Positions 26,639 to 36,710 of a stretch of DNA of 50,968 nt are shown here, piece after piece (positions within the stretch are counted from its first letter, which is position 1; every line of letters starts with the position of its first letter). The notes under the pieces were generated by a model. It searched no databases and had not been told where the DNA came from. It was given only the letters and a program-made list of their open reading frames with translations. The DNA lies in NCBI GenBank assembly GCA_903927415.1, contig CAIYMZ010000115.1, positions 1-50,968 on the forward strand. Reading direction: 5' to 3'. The translations under genes were made by a program, and so were the position numbers. This DNA comes from an uncultured Alphaproteobacteria bacterium (GTDB taxonomy: Bacteria; Pseudomonadota; Alphaproteobacteria; Rickettsiales; UBA1997).

Positions 26639-27583
26639 ATGAAATTAGTTGCTCAGATGGATGAGATTTTATCTATCGACATCACGACCGATTCAACATT
26701 CGCAATACTTTTGGAAGCGCAAAATCGCGGTCACGAAATTTTTTACTACTTACCGAGTGATTTGAATTTTGATTTCACAACACAAAAATTAAGCGCTGCA
26801 GTCAAAAAAATTCATCTAAAAAACCAACGCGGAAATCACTGCAAAATTCTTGAAACAAAAGAGGAAGATCTTGCCAAATTTGATGTGATTTTAGTCAGAC
26901 AAGACCCGCCTTTTGACATGAATTACATCACTTCAACCTACCTTCTAGAGCGCATTAAAAATCAGGTTTTAATCCTAAATAACCCAACAGAAATCAGAAA
27001 CTGTCCGGAAAAAATTTTTATTACCGAATTCCCAGATTTAATCACGCCAACACTCATAGCCAGCAATGTGAAAATGGCCGAGGAGTTTCGCAATCAACAT
27101 CAAGACATCATCCTCAAACCGCTTTACTCTTGTGGTGGCGATGGCGTGGTTTTACTCAAAAAAGACGATGCCAATCTCAATTCAATTTTTGCAACTCTTC
27201 TCAAAACTTACATGGCGCCATTGGTCATACAAAAATTTTTACCCGAAATTAAAAATGGCGACCGCAGAATAATTTTAGTAAATGGTGAAGCTGTGGGAGG
27301 AATGGCTCGAATGGCCAAAAAAGGCGAAATCCGCTCCAATCTTCACATTGGCGGCTATGCTGAGAAAATGATCTTTTCAAAAAGAGAGCGAGAAATTTGT
27401 GCAAGAATTGGACCAGAGCTAAAAAAACGCGGATTATTTTTTGTCGGGATCGACGTGATTGGGAATTATTTAACCGAGATCAACGTCACCTCTCCAACCG
27501 GCATTCCGCAGATGAATCAGCTCGATAAGATTCGCGTTGAAGAAATTATTTTACAGGAGATTGAGGCGCTGATTGCGACATGA
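26639..27583 (+). CDS. gshB: Glutathione synthetase
   Basis: Collinear with E. coli GshB: DSTFAILLEAQNRGHE, ILVRQDPPFD, IILKPLYSCGG, NGDRRIILVNGE, RSNLHIGG and TEINVTSPTG. The ATG at 26639 is preferred to the TTG at 26633. Confidence 0.9.
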   Translation: MKLVAQMDEILSIDITTDSTFAILLEAQNRGHEIFYYLPSDLNFDFTTQKLSAAVKKIHLKNQRGNHCKILETKEEDLAKFDVILVRQDPPFDMNYITSTYLLERIKNQVLILNNPTEIRNCPEKIFITEFPDLITPTLIASNVKMAEEFRNQHQDIILKPLYSCGGDGVVLLKKDDANLNSIFATLLKTYMAPLVIQKFLPEIKNGDRRIILVNGEAVGGMARMAKKGEIRSNLHIGGYAEKMIFSKREREICARIGPELKKRGLFFVGIDVIGNYLTEINVTSPTGIPQMNQLDKIRVEEIILQEIEALIAT

Positions 27584-28911
27584 TCCTGAAATTTTTAAAA
27601 ATCCTCACCGCAATTTTTTTCCTCCTACCGCCCTCATCTTATGCCAATCCCAACGTCGCAATTCTCAACTGGCAGGAAAATATTCAGCTAACCACCACTG
27701 GAAGAATCTCTGATGTTGCAATCAAGGGTAAAATTCGCGACCTACCTACAAACCAAGAGATGACTTCATTCTCGATTATTTTTGACGAGAAACAAAATTT
27801 AAAAATCACTCGTGTTTTTTGCGATAATCAGCCGGCAGATTTTACATTTTCACACAACGCTTTGAGCGTAAAATTTCCAAAAGCAAAAAAAACCAATTCC
27901 AGCCTTGCGCTTTATTTCACCTACGAAGAACGCTACGACAAGATCAATAAATTCTTACGCCAAGAATCAATCAACATACCAAATTTTGCAGTCGGCGCCA
28001 ACGCTCAAGTAGTGATTAATTTTCCCGGATATTTGGAATCAGCAACACTCAATCCGAATGTCACCAAAACCGCTAGCAGCTTTGTTTACAGAAACATTGT
28101 GCCTGAAAATGGCGTAGAAGAAATCATAAAATTAACCGCGGCGCAAAGTGTTTGGGATGTAGCAATTAAGATTAAGGTAAGCGCTGACAAAGCATTAAAT
28201 GACGTGATTGTAACCATACCAACTTACTTTCAAAATGCTGGACAAAAAGTTGAAAATTTTACCACAAAATCAAGCATCAAAACACTGCAACAAAGCACGG
28301 ATGGAAGTAAAAAAGTTTTGAAATTCAACACAGCTGAGCAAGAAATTAACATCGAAAATAGAGCAAAAATTTCGACAGGAAAAAATAACCGAACCATGAT
28401 TACGCGCAATCCCGGCGATTACTTGAAAGTTAGTCCGGATGAGGCGGCATTGCTGACTCCAATTTTGGAAAAAATAAAACGCGATCCGAAATACCGCGAT
28501 TTACCACTATACGCCAAAATCGGCAGATTCGTTCACGAGTTTTTAAAATACGATCTTAGCTATGTTGGAAGGCTTCCGAAGGTGAGAGAAATCTTGCAAA
28601 ATCCTATCGGCGTCTGCACGGAATATTCTCGACTTTACAACGGTCTTGCGAGAATCGCCGGAATTTCATCGCTGATTATCGACGGCGCTGCTTGCGGCGA
28701 ATATGACAAATGCATGGGTCATTCTTGGAATATGATTTTTTATAACGGTCAGTGGATTGATGTTGATGCTACGTGGGATCTGATGTCAGGAGTAGTTTCA
28801 TCCTCTCATATTTTTTTCAATGATGATGAAAAGGGGGCGATAGAAACGCAATATTTCGATGATCAAAAAACACTAAATTCAAGAATGGATTTCGAGATGA
28901 AAAGTTTGTGA
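27580..28911 (+). CDS. Secreted transglutaminase-like cysteine protease-fold protein
   Basis: 443 aa. Signal peptide ...SSYA. The C-terminal Cys-His-Asp triad context is GVCTEYSRLY, GHSWNMIFY and WIDVDATWD. ATGA overlap with gshB. Confidence 0.7.
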   Translation: MILKFLKILTAIFFLLPPSSYANPNVAILNWQENIQLTTTGRISDVAIKGKIRDLPTNQEMTSFSIIFDEKQNLKITRVFCDNQPADFTFSHNALSVKFPKAKKTNSSLALYFTYEERYDKINKFLRQESINIPNFAVGANAQVVINFPGYLESATLNPNVTKTASSFVYRNIVPENGVEEIIKLTAAQSVWDVAIKIKVSADKALNDVIVTIPTYFQNAGQKVENFTTKSSIKTLQQSTDGSKKVLKFNTAEQEINIENRAKISTGKNNRTMITRNPGDYLKVSPDEAALLTPILEKIKRDPKYRDLPLYAKIGRFVHEFLKYDLSYVGRLPKVREILQNPIGVCTEYSRLYNGLARIAGISSLIIDGAACGEYDKCMGHSWNMIFYNGQWIDVDATWDLMSGVVSSSHIFFNDDEKGAIETQYFDDQKTLNSRMDFEMKSL

Positions 28912-28935
28912 TTCACGCTAAGGTTGAAAGCGGCA

Positions 28936-29748
28936 CTAAAAAACGTCCCCGAAAGCTTTCCTGAAACCAAACTGCACCCAACTAGTTCTGCGATGAGTAG
29001 CTTCATTATTGGCGTCGTAGCCCATAAAAGTTGGCTGACTGCCATAAAGAATGTTGAAAGAGGCGTCGGCGGATTTCACGAATTTAAATCCTAGCTGATA
29101 GGAGTGAAAAAATCCCGGTGAGTCGCGTGGCGAATTTGGAGCACCGTTGTAACTTTCGGCAAGAAGCCGAATATCCTTGCCAATCAAGGCTGCATCAACA
29201 CCAACGCCAAGCTGCAAACGACGTAAATCTTTCTGCCCGTCAATGTTGTAAGATGTCTTTAAGCCAGAATTGGCGTGTATTATCAGACTTTCATCAAAAA
29301 ATTTTGCGGTGGCAATTGCCATCAAATAAGAATTTGTTGCGGTGTCGTAATATTGCCCGCGACCGTTCTTATTCACATATCCAAAAGACATTGCAACATC
29401 AGGGATTCCAGCTTTTTTTGAATGAGAAATAACGGATTTAATTTGCAAAAGCGGATTGGAAAAAGAGGCGGAATGTTCGCTTAAATCGTAGGAGCTCATT
29501 GCTCCCGTAGTCATTTCAAAATTTTTTAAAACGCCGTAAGAAAATCCCAAATATTGCCCAAGTAAATTCGCCGAAGCGCTATCTGACTTCTTCGGCAAGT
29601 GCCAAGATTCAGTATAAGTTTCAAGAAGGAGCTGATTTTTATCGCTAACTGCAGCGTCGTCAGTAACAAATGGAAGCGCTGCAAAAACGCTGTTTGAACT
29701 AAGAAACAAAATCAGATTGAAAAAAATGTATAAAAAAAGTTTTTGCAT
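28936..29748 (-). CDS. Outer-membrane beta-barrel protein (MetA-pathway/transporter-like family?)
   Basis: 270 aa. Signal peptide ...SVFA, then LPFVTDDA. Alternating hydrophobic strands and a C-terminal Phe (GDVF). Confidence 0.55.
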   Translation of the reverse strand: MQKLFLYIFFNLILFLSSNSVFAALPFVTDDAAVSDKNQLLLETYTESWHLPKKSDSASANLLGQYLGFSYGVLKNFEMTTGAMSSYDLSEHSASFSNPLLQIKSVISHSKKAGIPDVAMSFGYVNKNGRGQYYDTATNSYLMAIATAKFFDESLIIHANSGLKTSYNIDGQKDLRRLQLGVGVDAALIGKDIRLLAESYNGAPNSPRDSPGFFHSYQLGFKFVKSADASFNILYGSQPTFMGYDANNEATHRRTSWVQFGFRKAFGDVF

Positions 29749-29766
29749 GATTTTTTTGGACAGATT

Positions 29767-30645
29767 CTAACTAATTTTCGTCACAGCAACTAACTTCACC
29801 AACCGATTATCCGCATCAATAATTTTGAGATTCAGGCCATATTTTTTTATTTCTTCGCCAATCTCAGGAACGCGCTTGAACATTGACATTGCAAGCCCGC
29901 CAACCGTTTGGAATTCGTCATCATCCTGTCTAATTTTTATCTGCAAAACTTCTTCAAATTTATCAATTTCAACGCGACCACCAAATTGAAAATTTTTACC
30001 GTCAATTTTTTTGATGCGAAAGAATGAGCTTTCAGATGGCAAATCATGCTCGTCTTCAATGTCGCCAACAATTTCTTCCATCAAATTTTCGATCGTCACA
30101 AAACCGTCAACACCACCAAATTCATCAAGCACAATTGCGACATGAACCCTCGCCATTCTCATGCGCAGCATTACATCAAGCAGTTTCATCGAGCCAGGAA
30201 CAAATAAAATTTTTCGTAAAATTTTTGTTACAGAAAAATCCTGATCTTCAGCACACAAAAATTTTGCCAAATCTTTGCTGTGAATAAAGCCGATAATCTC
30301 GTCAACATTTTCTTTAAAAACCGGAAGGCGAGTGTGACCATCAGTGGTAATAATTTTTTTGATTTTTTCTAAAGTAGCATCATGTGCAACTGCAATAATA
30401 TCAGCACGCGGGGTCATGATGCTCGCAACTTTTTTATCACCAAAAGAAGCGATATTTTTGAACATCTTTTTTTCTTCAACATTGATCAGCCCTTCTTTTT
30501 CATAATCTTCAAGAAGGTGAGATATAACGGAGAAAAATGATTTTTTGGTTTTTTTACCAAAAAGATTTAGAAAAAAACTTACCAGCTTTTTAAGACGCGA
30601 TTTTTTGTTTGAGCCCTGATACTTCTGATTAGGCAAGCCTTCCAT
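29767..30645 (-). CDS. corC: CBS-pair plus CorC_HlyC domain protein (CorC/TlyC family)
   Basis: 292 aa. IMTPRADI, GHTRLPVF and VLDEFGGVDGFVTIENLMEEIVGDIEDEHD. Confidence 0.85.
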   Translation of the reverse strand: MEGLPNQKYQGSNKKSRLKKLVSFFLNLFGKKTKKSFFSVISHLLEDYEKEGLINVEEKKMFKNIASFGDKKVASIMTPRADIIAVAHDATLEKIKKIITTDGHTRLPVFKENVDEIIGFIHSKDLAKFLCAEDQDFSVTKILRKILFVPGSMKLLDVMLRMRMARVHVAIVLDEFGGVDGFVTIENLMEEIVGDIEDEHDLPSESSFFRIKKIDGKNFQFGGRVEIDKFEEVLQIKIRQDDDEFQTVGGLAMSMFKRVPEIGEEIKKYGLNLKIIDADNRLVKLVAVTKIS

Positions 30646-30648
30646 TAT

Positions 30649-31170
30649 TTAAAAAATTTGTTGATACGGATTTTGAATTCCAATTTTTTTTAGAATTTTA
30701 ATTTCCAAATCTTCCATGATTTTTGCCATTTCTTTATCTTCGTGATCATGCCCGATAAGATGCAAAATACTGTGTAGAATCAGGTGGGTAAGATGGTCTT
30801 CAAATTTCTTTTTTTGTGCAAGAGATTCTTTTTTAACCACTTCATAAGCAATAACAACATCGCCAAGAAACAAATAGTTGTAGGGCTTCACGACTTTCTT
30901 AAATCCAACCTCGCGAATTAAATTTTCGTCCAGAGCAGCAAAAGACAGAACATTTGTCGGCTGATTTTTTTGACGGAATTGCTGATTTATTTTTTTTATC
31001 TGCTGGTTTGAAACCAATGAAATCGAGATTTCGAGCACAGAATCTGTTGCTAGAATTTTTTTTAAATCGGTTAGAGGAATAATTTCTTTACAGATTTTTT
31101 TAACAAATTTTTTAGCATTCTTCTCGTTAGACCATTTTTTACTTTTGGTCATAACGTCAACGTTAATCAT
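30649..31170 (-). CDS. ybeY: rRNA maturation endoribonuclease YbeY
   Basis: 173 aa. Zinc motif HLILHSILHLIGHDH. Confidence 0.88.
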   Translation of the reverse strand: MINVDVMTKSKKWSNEKNAKKFVKKICKEIIPLTDLKKILATDSVLEISISLVSNQQIKKINQQFRQKNQPTNVLSFAALDENLIREVGFKKVVKPYNYLFLGDVVIAYEVVKKESLAQKKKFEDHLTHLILHSILHLIGHDHEDKEMAKIMEDLEIKILKKIGIQNPYQQIF

Positions 31171-32264
31171 GCTTCACAATGGTTTTGATTTAGACAAAAT
31201 TTAAAACTTTTTGGACAAATTCTTTCTGACTTTTGTCCAGAAAAAATTTGAGATTCGTTGTTGGAATCAACAGCTTTACAAATTTCTACCAAGCTCTTGA
31301 TGAAGTGTCCATCAAGGTTCAAAGCTGGCACGCGAAAATAATTTTTTATCCCCAAGCCCTGAGCTAAATTTTTGTAATCAATGTCGAGCTCAACCAGAGT
31401 TTCGGCATGATCCGATACGAAAGAAATCGGCACCACCACCGGAATTTTTTTATCAAGAGCGACGCGTCGCAGCTCATAATCAAGGCTCGGAGAAGTCCAT
31501 TGCAGACATCCAACTTTTGACTGATAACAAATTTGAAAATCAATTTCTTCCTCATGAATTAAAAAAATTTCTGCTAAATTTTTAACAATTTTCTTGGCAG
31601 TTTCCGTAACTTGAAAAACGTAGGGATCGCCGGCATTAATTAATTTTTGCGGTAGGCCGTGAGCAGAAAATAAAAAACGAAATCTACTTAAATTTTTCTC
31701 GCAAACCTTTGAAATAGTTTGCTTAATTAAAAAGCTGTGCGCTTTGATAAAAGCTGGCTCTGCTGGATAGCAGCAAACAATTTTTGTCGTGATTTTTTTA
31801 TCATTTTTTTGCCGCTGGAACAAATATTTTTTTATAAATTCCTGCAAGGAAGAATTGGAAGTGGCACTAGAAAATTGTGGATAAAGTGGCAATAAAATTA
31901 ATTGGTTCGGATCATATTTTTTAATTTCTTTAATCACTTCAGATGCACGTGGCCTCCAATATCTCATTGCCACAAAAACTTTAAAATTTCCAAAAAAAGA
32001 CAACTCTCTCTCAAGCGCATAGGCCTGCGACAGGCTTATGTTCAACAATGGTGACCTACCACCAATTTGCGCATAAATTTTCTGCGCTTTTTTTGCTCTT
32101 TTTGTCGAAATTAATTTAGCGAAAAAAAATCGTAATGGCTGCGGTAAAGAAATTATCGCGGCGTCGTTGAAGAGGTTAAAGAGGAAGGGCTGCACTGATT
32201 TTAAACTATCTGGCCCGCCAAGATTGAACAAAATAATCGCGGTTTTTTTATCAAAAACTTTCAT
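31167..32264 (-). CDS. hemH: Ferrochelatase
   Basis: 365 aa. ILFNLGGPDS, LPLYPQFS, FSAHGLP and VSDHAETL. The C-terminal tail carries CPKSFKFCLNQNHC. Confidence 0.9.
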   Translation of the reverse strand: MKVFDKKTAIILFNLGGPDSLKSVQPFLFNLFNDAAIISLPQPLRFFFAKLISTKRAKKAQKIYAQIGGRSPLLNISLSQAYALERELSFFGNFKVFVAMRYWRPRASEVIKEIKKYDPNQLILLPLYPQFSSATSNSSLQEFIKKYLFQRQKNDKKITTKIVCCYPAEPAFIKAHSFLIKQTISKVCEKNLSRFRFLFSAHGLPQKLINAGDPYVFQVTETAKKIVKNLAEIFLIHEEEIDFQICYQSKVGCLQWTSPSLDYELRRVALDKKIPVVVPISFVSDHAETLVELDIDYKNLAQGLGIKNYFRVPALNLDGHFIKSLVEICKAVDSNNESQIFSGQKSERICPKSFKFCLNQNHCEA

Positions 32265-33052
32265 GCGGAAATGAACTTTTTGAACAATAAACTAAAAATA
32301 AAAATGAGAGAAAAAGTTGCGATAATTGTTGAGCTAACTGTTAAATCATAATTGCTTGCAAGCTTGAATGACAAGGCTGAAACGCTGGTACCAATTGTCA
32401 AACTAAGCATCATCATTTGTTTAGCTGATGATGAAAAAATTCGTGCAATTGCCGCAGGCAAAATCAATAAAGCGGTCATCAGAAATACCCCGATTATTCG
32501 CACTGATAAAGCGATCACCAATGCTAGTAAAATCAAAAAAGATATGTTCCAAAATTCTGTTTTGATGCCTTCAATTTTTGCTAAATCTTGACTGCTATTG
32601 ATCAGCAGAATTTTCTTGAAGGCAAAAATTATGTAGAAAATTACAATCACCGTAATGGCTGCTAGCACTTGAATATCCTGGCTTCCAACCGTCAAAATAT
32701 CGCCAAAAATGTAAGAGGTAAAATTAAAATTTTTAATCCAAACATCATTTAAAATAATCGCCACCGCGATGCAAAAATATGACGAGATCATGATAATTGT
32801 ATCTTTGGAAAAATAACGGTTTTGAGAAATGAATCCGACCAGAAGTGAAAAAATAAAAGCAAAAATAATCAGCATTGAGAGCTGATTTATTTCAAAAATT
32901 GTACCGATTACCAAACCAAGCAAAATCGAGTGTGATAAGGCGTCACCGAAGTAAGACAATTTTTTCCACAACACAAAAACTCCAAACCCTGAGCAAGAAA
33001 TCGCAATTAGAATCACTGCGAAAAAAGGTTTGATGAGTAAGTCTTCGAACAC
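32261..33052 (-). CDS. znuB: ABC-3 family metal (Zn/Mn) transporter permease
   Basis: 263 aa, polytopic, GTG start. YFGDALSHSILLGLVIG is typical of ZnuB/MntB permeases. Confidence 0.75.
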   Translation of the reverse strand: MFEDLLIKPFFAVILIAISCSGFGVFVLWKKLSYFGDALSHSILLGLVIGTIFEINQLSMLIIFAFIFSLLVGFISQNRYFSKDTIIMISSYFCIAVAIILNDVWIKNFNFTSYIFGDILTVGSQDIQVLAAITVIVIFYIIFAFKKILLINSSQDLAKIEGIKTEFWNISFLILLALVIALSVRIIGVFLMTALLILPAAIARIFSSSAKQMMMLSLTIGTSVSALSFKLASNYDLTVSSTIIATFSLIFIFSLLFKKFISA

Positions 33053-33116
33053 TTGAGTTTTTGATTTTTATTAGATTTCATCCGCGATTTTATTCCCTTC
33101 ACAACCTTCATGCATC

Positions 33117-33524
33117 ATGTCAGAACAAACTAAAAAATCGCTTTCTTCATTCATGAAAAAGCAAATTAGTGAAAAATCTAGCAAAAAAAATTCAGCCAAA
33201 AAATCTAACAATCCTGCAGATGCAGCAAAATCTGATTCCAAAAATAAGGAGGAGGAGCAAGAAAAAAATAAAGACCAAGATCAAGAAGAAATGACCGAGG
33301 AAGAGCAGTTGGAAGAAGCGAAGAAAGCCTCGCGCAATAAGGCGTCAGAACAAGATCAAACCGAAATGTTTAAAAAACTTATTTTGGAAAATATCGTGAA
33401 ATACACCGTCATAATTACGGTGATGGTGATGTTTGCTATCGGCGTCATAAAATTTGGCCCAGCAATTTTTTCTTTTTTAAGTGGCTTTATGTATAAAATT
33501 TTGATGAGCGCATTGCATCAATAA
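33117..33524 (+). CDS. Hypothetical tail-anchored protein with Lys/Glu-rich disordered N-terminus
   Basis: 135 aa. About 85 residues of K/E/D/S-rich sequence, then the hydrophobic segments VIITVMVMFAIGVIKFGPAIFSFLSGF. Confidence 0.45.
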   Translation: MSEQTKKSLSSFMKKQISEKSSKKNSAKKSNNPADAAKSDSKNKEEEQEKNKDQDQEEMTEEEQLEEAKKASRNKASEQDQTEMFKKLILENIVKYTVIITVMVMFAIGVIKFGPAIFSFLSGFMYKILMSALHQ

Positions 33525-33614
33525 TGAATTTTAAACGGGCTCTAATTTGACTTTTTATTTTGCCAAATTATCAAGCGCCGCCTTGCTTCCTTCGATAAAA
33601 TTTTCCTCCAAAAA

Positions 33615-34589
33615 ATGGCTGCTAATTCCAAAGAATTTTCAAAAAAAGATTTACTAAATTTTTATCGCGAAATGCTGCTGATTCGTCGCTTTGAGGAAAA
33701 AGCAGGACAGCTTTACGGCATGGGTTTGATCGCAGGTTTCTGCCATCTTTACATCGGCCAAGAAGCAATCGCGACAGGCATGCATTCAACAATGAAGCAA
33801 GGCGACAAGGTGATCACCACCTACCGCGACCACGGCCACATGATTTCCACTGGCTCTGATCCGAAAAAAATTATGGCGGAATTGCTTGGCCGCAAAGACG
33901 GCTCATCCAAGGGCAAAGGCGGCTCGATGCATCTTTTTGATCTCGAAAAACATTTTTACGGCGGACATGGAATTGTCGGCGCATCAGTGCCGATCGGCGC
34001 CGGACTTGCCTTCGCCGATAAATATCGCGGCAATGACAATGTAACTTACTGCTATTTCGGCGACGGCGCCGCACATCAAGGCCAAGTTTACGAGAGCTTC
34101 AACATGGCGAAATTGTGGAACCTTCCTGTGCTCTTCATCATCGAAAATAATCACTACGCAATGGGCACCTCGCAAGCGCGCTCTTCCTCGATAGACGAGC
34201 TCCACAAGCGCGGCATCGGCTTCAATATTCCCGGAGTAAAAATCAACGGCATGGATGTTTTTGATGTGATCCGCGACGGCCAAAAATGCGTCGATTTCGT
34301 CCGCGCCGGCAACGGTCCGATGATTTTAGAAATGGACACCTACCGCTATCGCGGCCACTCCATGTCTGATCCGGCAACCTATCGCAGCAAAGAAGAGCTC
34401 AATTGCAAAAAAGAAAAAGACCCGATCGATTCACTCCGCGCCCACATTCTCACCAGCAAAATCGCCGTTGAAGACGAAATTAAAAAAATCGACGACGCGA
34501 TTAAAAGCGAAATTAACGAGATTGTCGAGTTTGCTAAAAATAGTCCGGAACCGGATGAATCGGAGCTTATGACTGAAATTTATAATTAA
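33615..34589 (+). CDS. pdhA: Pyruvate dehydrogenase E1 alpha subunit
   Basis: 324 aa. [17 protein letters not shown], thiamine-diphosphate motif [17 protein letters not shown]...NN, and [11 protein letters not shown]. Confidence 0.93.
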   Translation: MAANSKEFSKKDLLNFYREMLLIRRFEEKAGQLYGMGLIAGFCHLYIGQEAIATGMHSTMKQGDKVITTYRDHGHMISTGSDPKKIMAELLGRKDGSSKGKGGSMHLFDLEKHFYGGHGIVGASVPIGAGLAFADKYRGNDNVTYCYFGDGAAHQGQVYESFNMAKLWNLPVLFIIENNHYAMGTSQARSSSIDELHKRGIGFNIPGVKINGMDVFDVIRDGQKCVDFVRAGNGPMILEMDTYRYRGHSMSDPATYRSKEELNCKKEKDPIDSLRAHILTSKIAVEDEIKKIDDAIKSEINEIVEFAKNSPEPDESELMTEIYN

Positions 34590-34596
34590 AAATCCC

Positions 34597-35586
34597 ATGA
34601 CTCTAAAAAAACTAACCGTCCGTGAGGCCTTGCGTGAAGCGATGGCGGAAGAAATGCGTGCTGATCAGGAAGTGTTCGTGATGGGCGAGGAAGTGGCGGA
34701 ATATAACGGCGCTTACAAGGTCACGCAAGGTTTGCTCGCTGAATTTGGGGCAAAGCGCGTCATCGACACACCGATTACTGAACATGGTTTTGCTGGCTTG
34801 GCTGTAGGCGCAGCATTTGCCGGATTAAAACCGGTGGTCGAATTTATGACTTTCAATTTCGCCATGCAGGCGATGGATCAAATCATTAATTCCGCAGCAA
34901 AAACTTGCTACATGTCGGGCGGACAGGTTCATTCGCCGATTGTCTTTCGCGGTCCGAACGGCGCTGCTTCTCGCGTTGGCGCACAGCACTCGCAATGTTA
35001 CGCAGCTTGGTTTGGTTCAATTCCGGGACTGAAGGTGGTTTCACCCTACTCTGCAGCTGATTGCAAAGGATTGCTTAAAGCTGCAATTCGTGATCCTAAT
35101 CCTGTAATTTTTCTCGAAAATGAAATCACTTACGGCATGTCTTTCGAAGAGGAATATGACGAGGATCACATTGTCGAAATCGGCAAAGCCAAAATTTTGC
35201 GTGAAGGAAAAGATGTCACGATTGTCACTTTTTCTTTGATGGTAAAATATGCGCTTGAGGCCGCGCAGCAACTGGCCGCAGAAGGAATTGATGTCGAGGT
35301 AATTGACCTGCGCACCATCCGCCCAATTGATCGCGAAACAATTGTTGAATCAGTGAAAAAAACTTCGCGCTGCATCACGGCTGAAGAAGGGTTTCCATTC
35401 GCTTCCGTCGGCAGCGAAATTGCCTCAATTTTGATGGAAGATGCTTTTGATTATCTCGATGCACCGGTAAAAAAATTGGCCTCGGTTGATGCTCCTCTGC
35501 CTTATGCCGCCAATCTAGAAAGCCTCGCTTTGCCGAAAGTTCACAACATCGTCGCAGCGGTTAGGGAGGTTTGTTTTAGAAATTAA
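34597..35586 (+). CDS. pdhB: Pyruvate dehydrogenase E1 beta subunit
   Basis: 329 aa. [29 protein letters not shown] and DLRTIRPID. Confidence 0.93.
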   Translation: MTLKKLTVREALREAMAEEMRADQEVFVMGEEVAEYNGAYKVTQGLLAEFGAKRVIDTPITEHGFAGLAVGAAFAGLKPVVEFMTFNFAMQAMDQIINSAAKTCYMSGGQVHSPIVFRGPNGAASRVGAQHSQCYAAWFGSIPGLKVVSPYSAADCKGLLKAAIRDPNPVIFLENEITYGMSFEEEYDEDHIVEIGKAKILREGKDVTIVTFSLMVKYALEAAQQLAAEGIDVEVIDLRTIRPIDRETIVESVKKTSRCITAEEGFPFASVGSEIASILMEDAFDYLDAPVKKLASVDAPLPYAANLESLALPKVHNIVAAVREVCFRN

Positions 35587-35617
35587 ATCTTTCGTCACTT
35601 GGCACTCTTTTTTGATT

Positions 35618-35643
35618 GTCACCACGTCGCATGACGGGGTGAC
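35618..35643. repeat. Degenerate collapsed family-A copy
   Basis: TTGATTGTCACC...GGGGTGACAA framing (the same flanks as at 1793-1803 and 1881-1890) around an unrelated short hairpin CGTC-GCAT-GACG. Confidence 0.45.
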
Positions 35644-35716
35644 AAAGGAAGAATGTGCAACAAACCAAAGAAGGGATAGGCAAAAATTAAAACAAAACCG
35701 ACTTTAAAAAAACCTA

Positions 35717-36064
35717 ATGTCAGAAAATTTTCTCTACACTTTCGTTAAAAAACATCGAATCACCAAACCATTATTCATCGGCTATTTCGTTGCCTTCTCA
35801 ATCATTTTTTATTTCACATTTTTTATTTTTTTTGGCGAGAAAGGTTTGATAAAATTTTTTACATTGAAGAAACAGATAGAAAATAAAGAAATCGATAAAC
35901 AGGTGCTTTACAACAAAATGCAGGCCAAAAAAAACATGGTTGATGGCATGAATTTAGACTCGCTCGACATTGATCTTTTAGATGAGCAGTCACGAAAAAC
36001 TTTGGGTTATATCGGCAAAAATGAAGTTGTAATTTATCGCGAAGATAGTGATCAAAAAAATTAA
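35717..36064 (+). CDS. ftsB: Septum formation initiator FtsB/DivIC family
   Basis: 115 aa. A single N-terminal TM segment, then a coiled coil. LDEQSRKTLGYIGKNEVVI is typical of the FtsB C-terminal motif. Confidence 0.7.
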   Translation: MSENFLYTFVKKHRITKPLFIGYFVAFSIIFYFTFFIFFGEKGLIKFFTLKKQIENKEIDKQVLYNKMQAKKNMVDGMNLDSLDIDLLDEQSRKTLGYIGKNEVVIYREDSDQKN

Positions 36065-36085
36065 ATTGATGAGGAGTTAACGACG

Positions 36086-36703
36086 ATGAATTTAACAAAC
36101 GAGATTTACCGCAAAACCCTGCATCTCTTACTAATCCTCATTCCTCTCGCTTATTACCATTTTGGAAAATGGCAAACATTGGTGGTCTTATCACCAATCG
36201 TAACAATCGTGGTTTCACTTGATTATTTACGTCGCAGCAATCCAAAAATTAAAATGATTTTTGCAAAAATTCTCGCCCCAATTTTAAGAGAACATGAGCT
36301 TGACGGCAACAAATTATGCGGCGCCAGTTTTGTTGGTCTTGCTGCTTGCATTAATTTTTTGCTCTTCAAAGAAGAAATTGCCATCACCTCATTTTTGATT
36401 CTTGTCATCTCGGATGCCATGGCAGCATTGATTGGAAAGTCATTTCCAAGTCAGCCATTTTTTGAAAAATCTTTTGTTGGTTCGGCAGCTTTTTTTATCA
36501 GCGGGTTTATAATTTTGCTTTCCTGCGGCGCGTTTTTTGATTCCAAAGCGTGGTTTTATTTATTCGGATTCTTCGCCTTATTCTGCGTCACCATAATTGA
36601 AGCACGACCAAGCTTTTTAAAACTCGATGATAATTTCACCATCCCGATTGTCTTCTCTACCATCATGGCCTTCTTTGATATTCTTTGGAATTATTCCTAC
36701 TAA
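36086..36703 (+). CDS. Polyprenol/diacylglycerol kinase-like CTP-dependent membrane protein (COG0170-like)
   Basis: 205 aa, polytopic. RKTLHLLLILIPL and VISDAMAALIGK motifs. GAGGAG SD at 36071-36076. Confidence 0.55.
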   Translation: MNLTNEIYRKTLHLLLILIPLAYYHFGKWQTLVVLSPIVTIVVSLDYLRRSNPKIKMIFAKILAPILREHELDGNKLCGASFVGLAACINFLLFKEEIAITSFLILVISDAMAALIGKSFPSQPFFEKSFVGSAAFFISGFIILLSCGAFFDSKAWFYLFGFFALFCVTIIEARPSFLKLDDNFTIPIVFSTIMAFFDILWNYSY

Positions 36704-36710
36704 AAATTTA

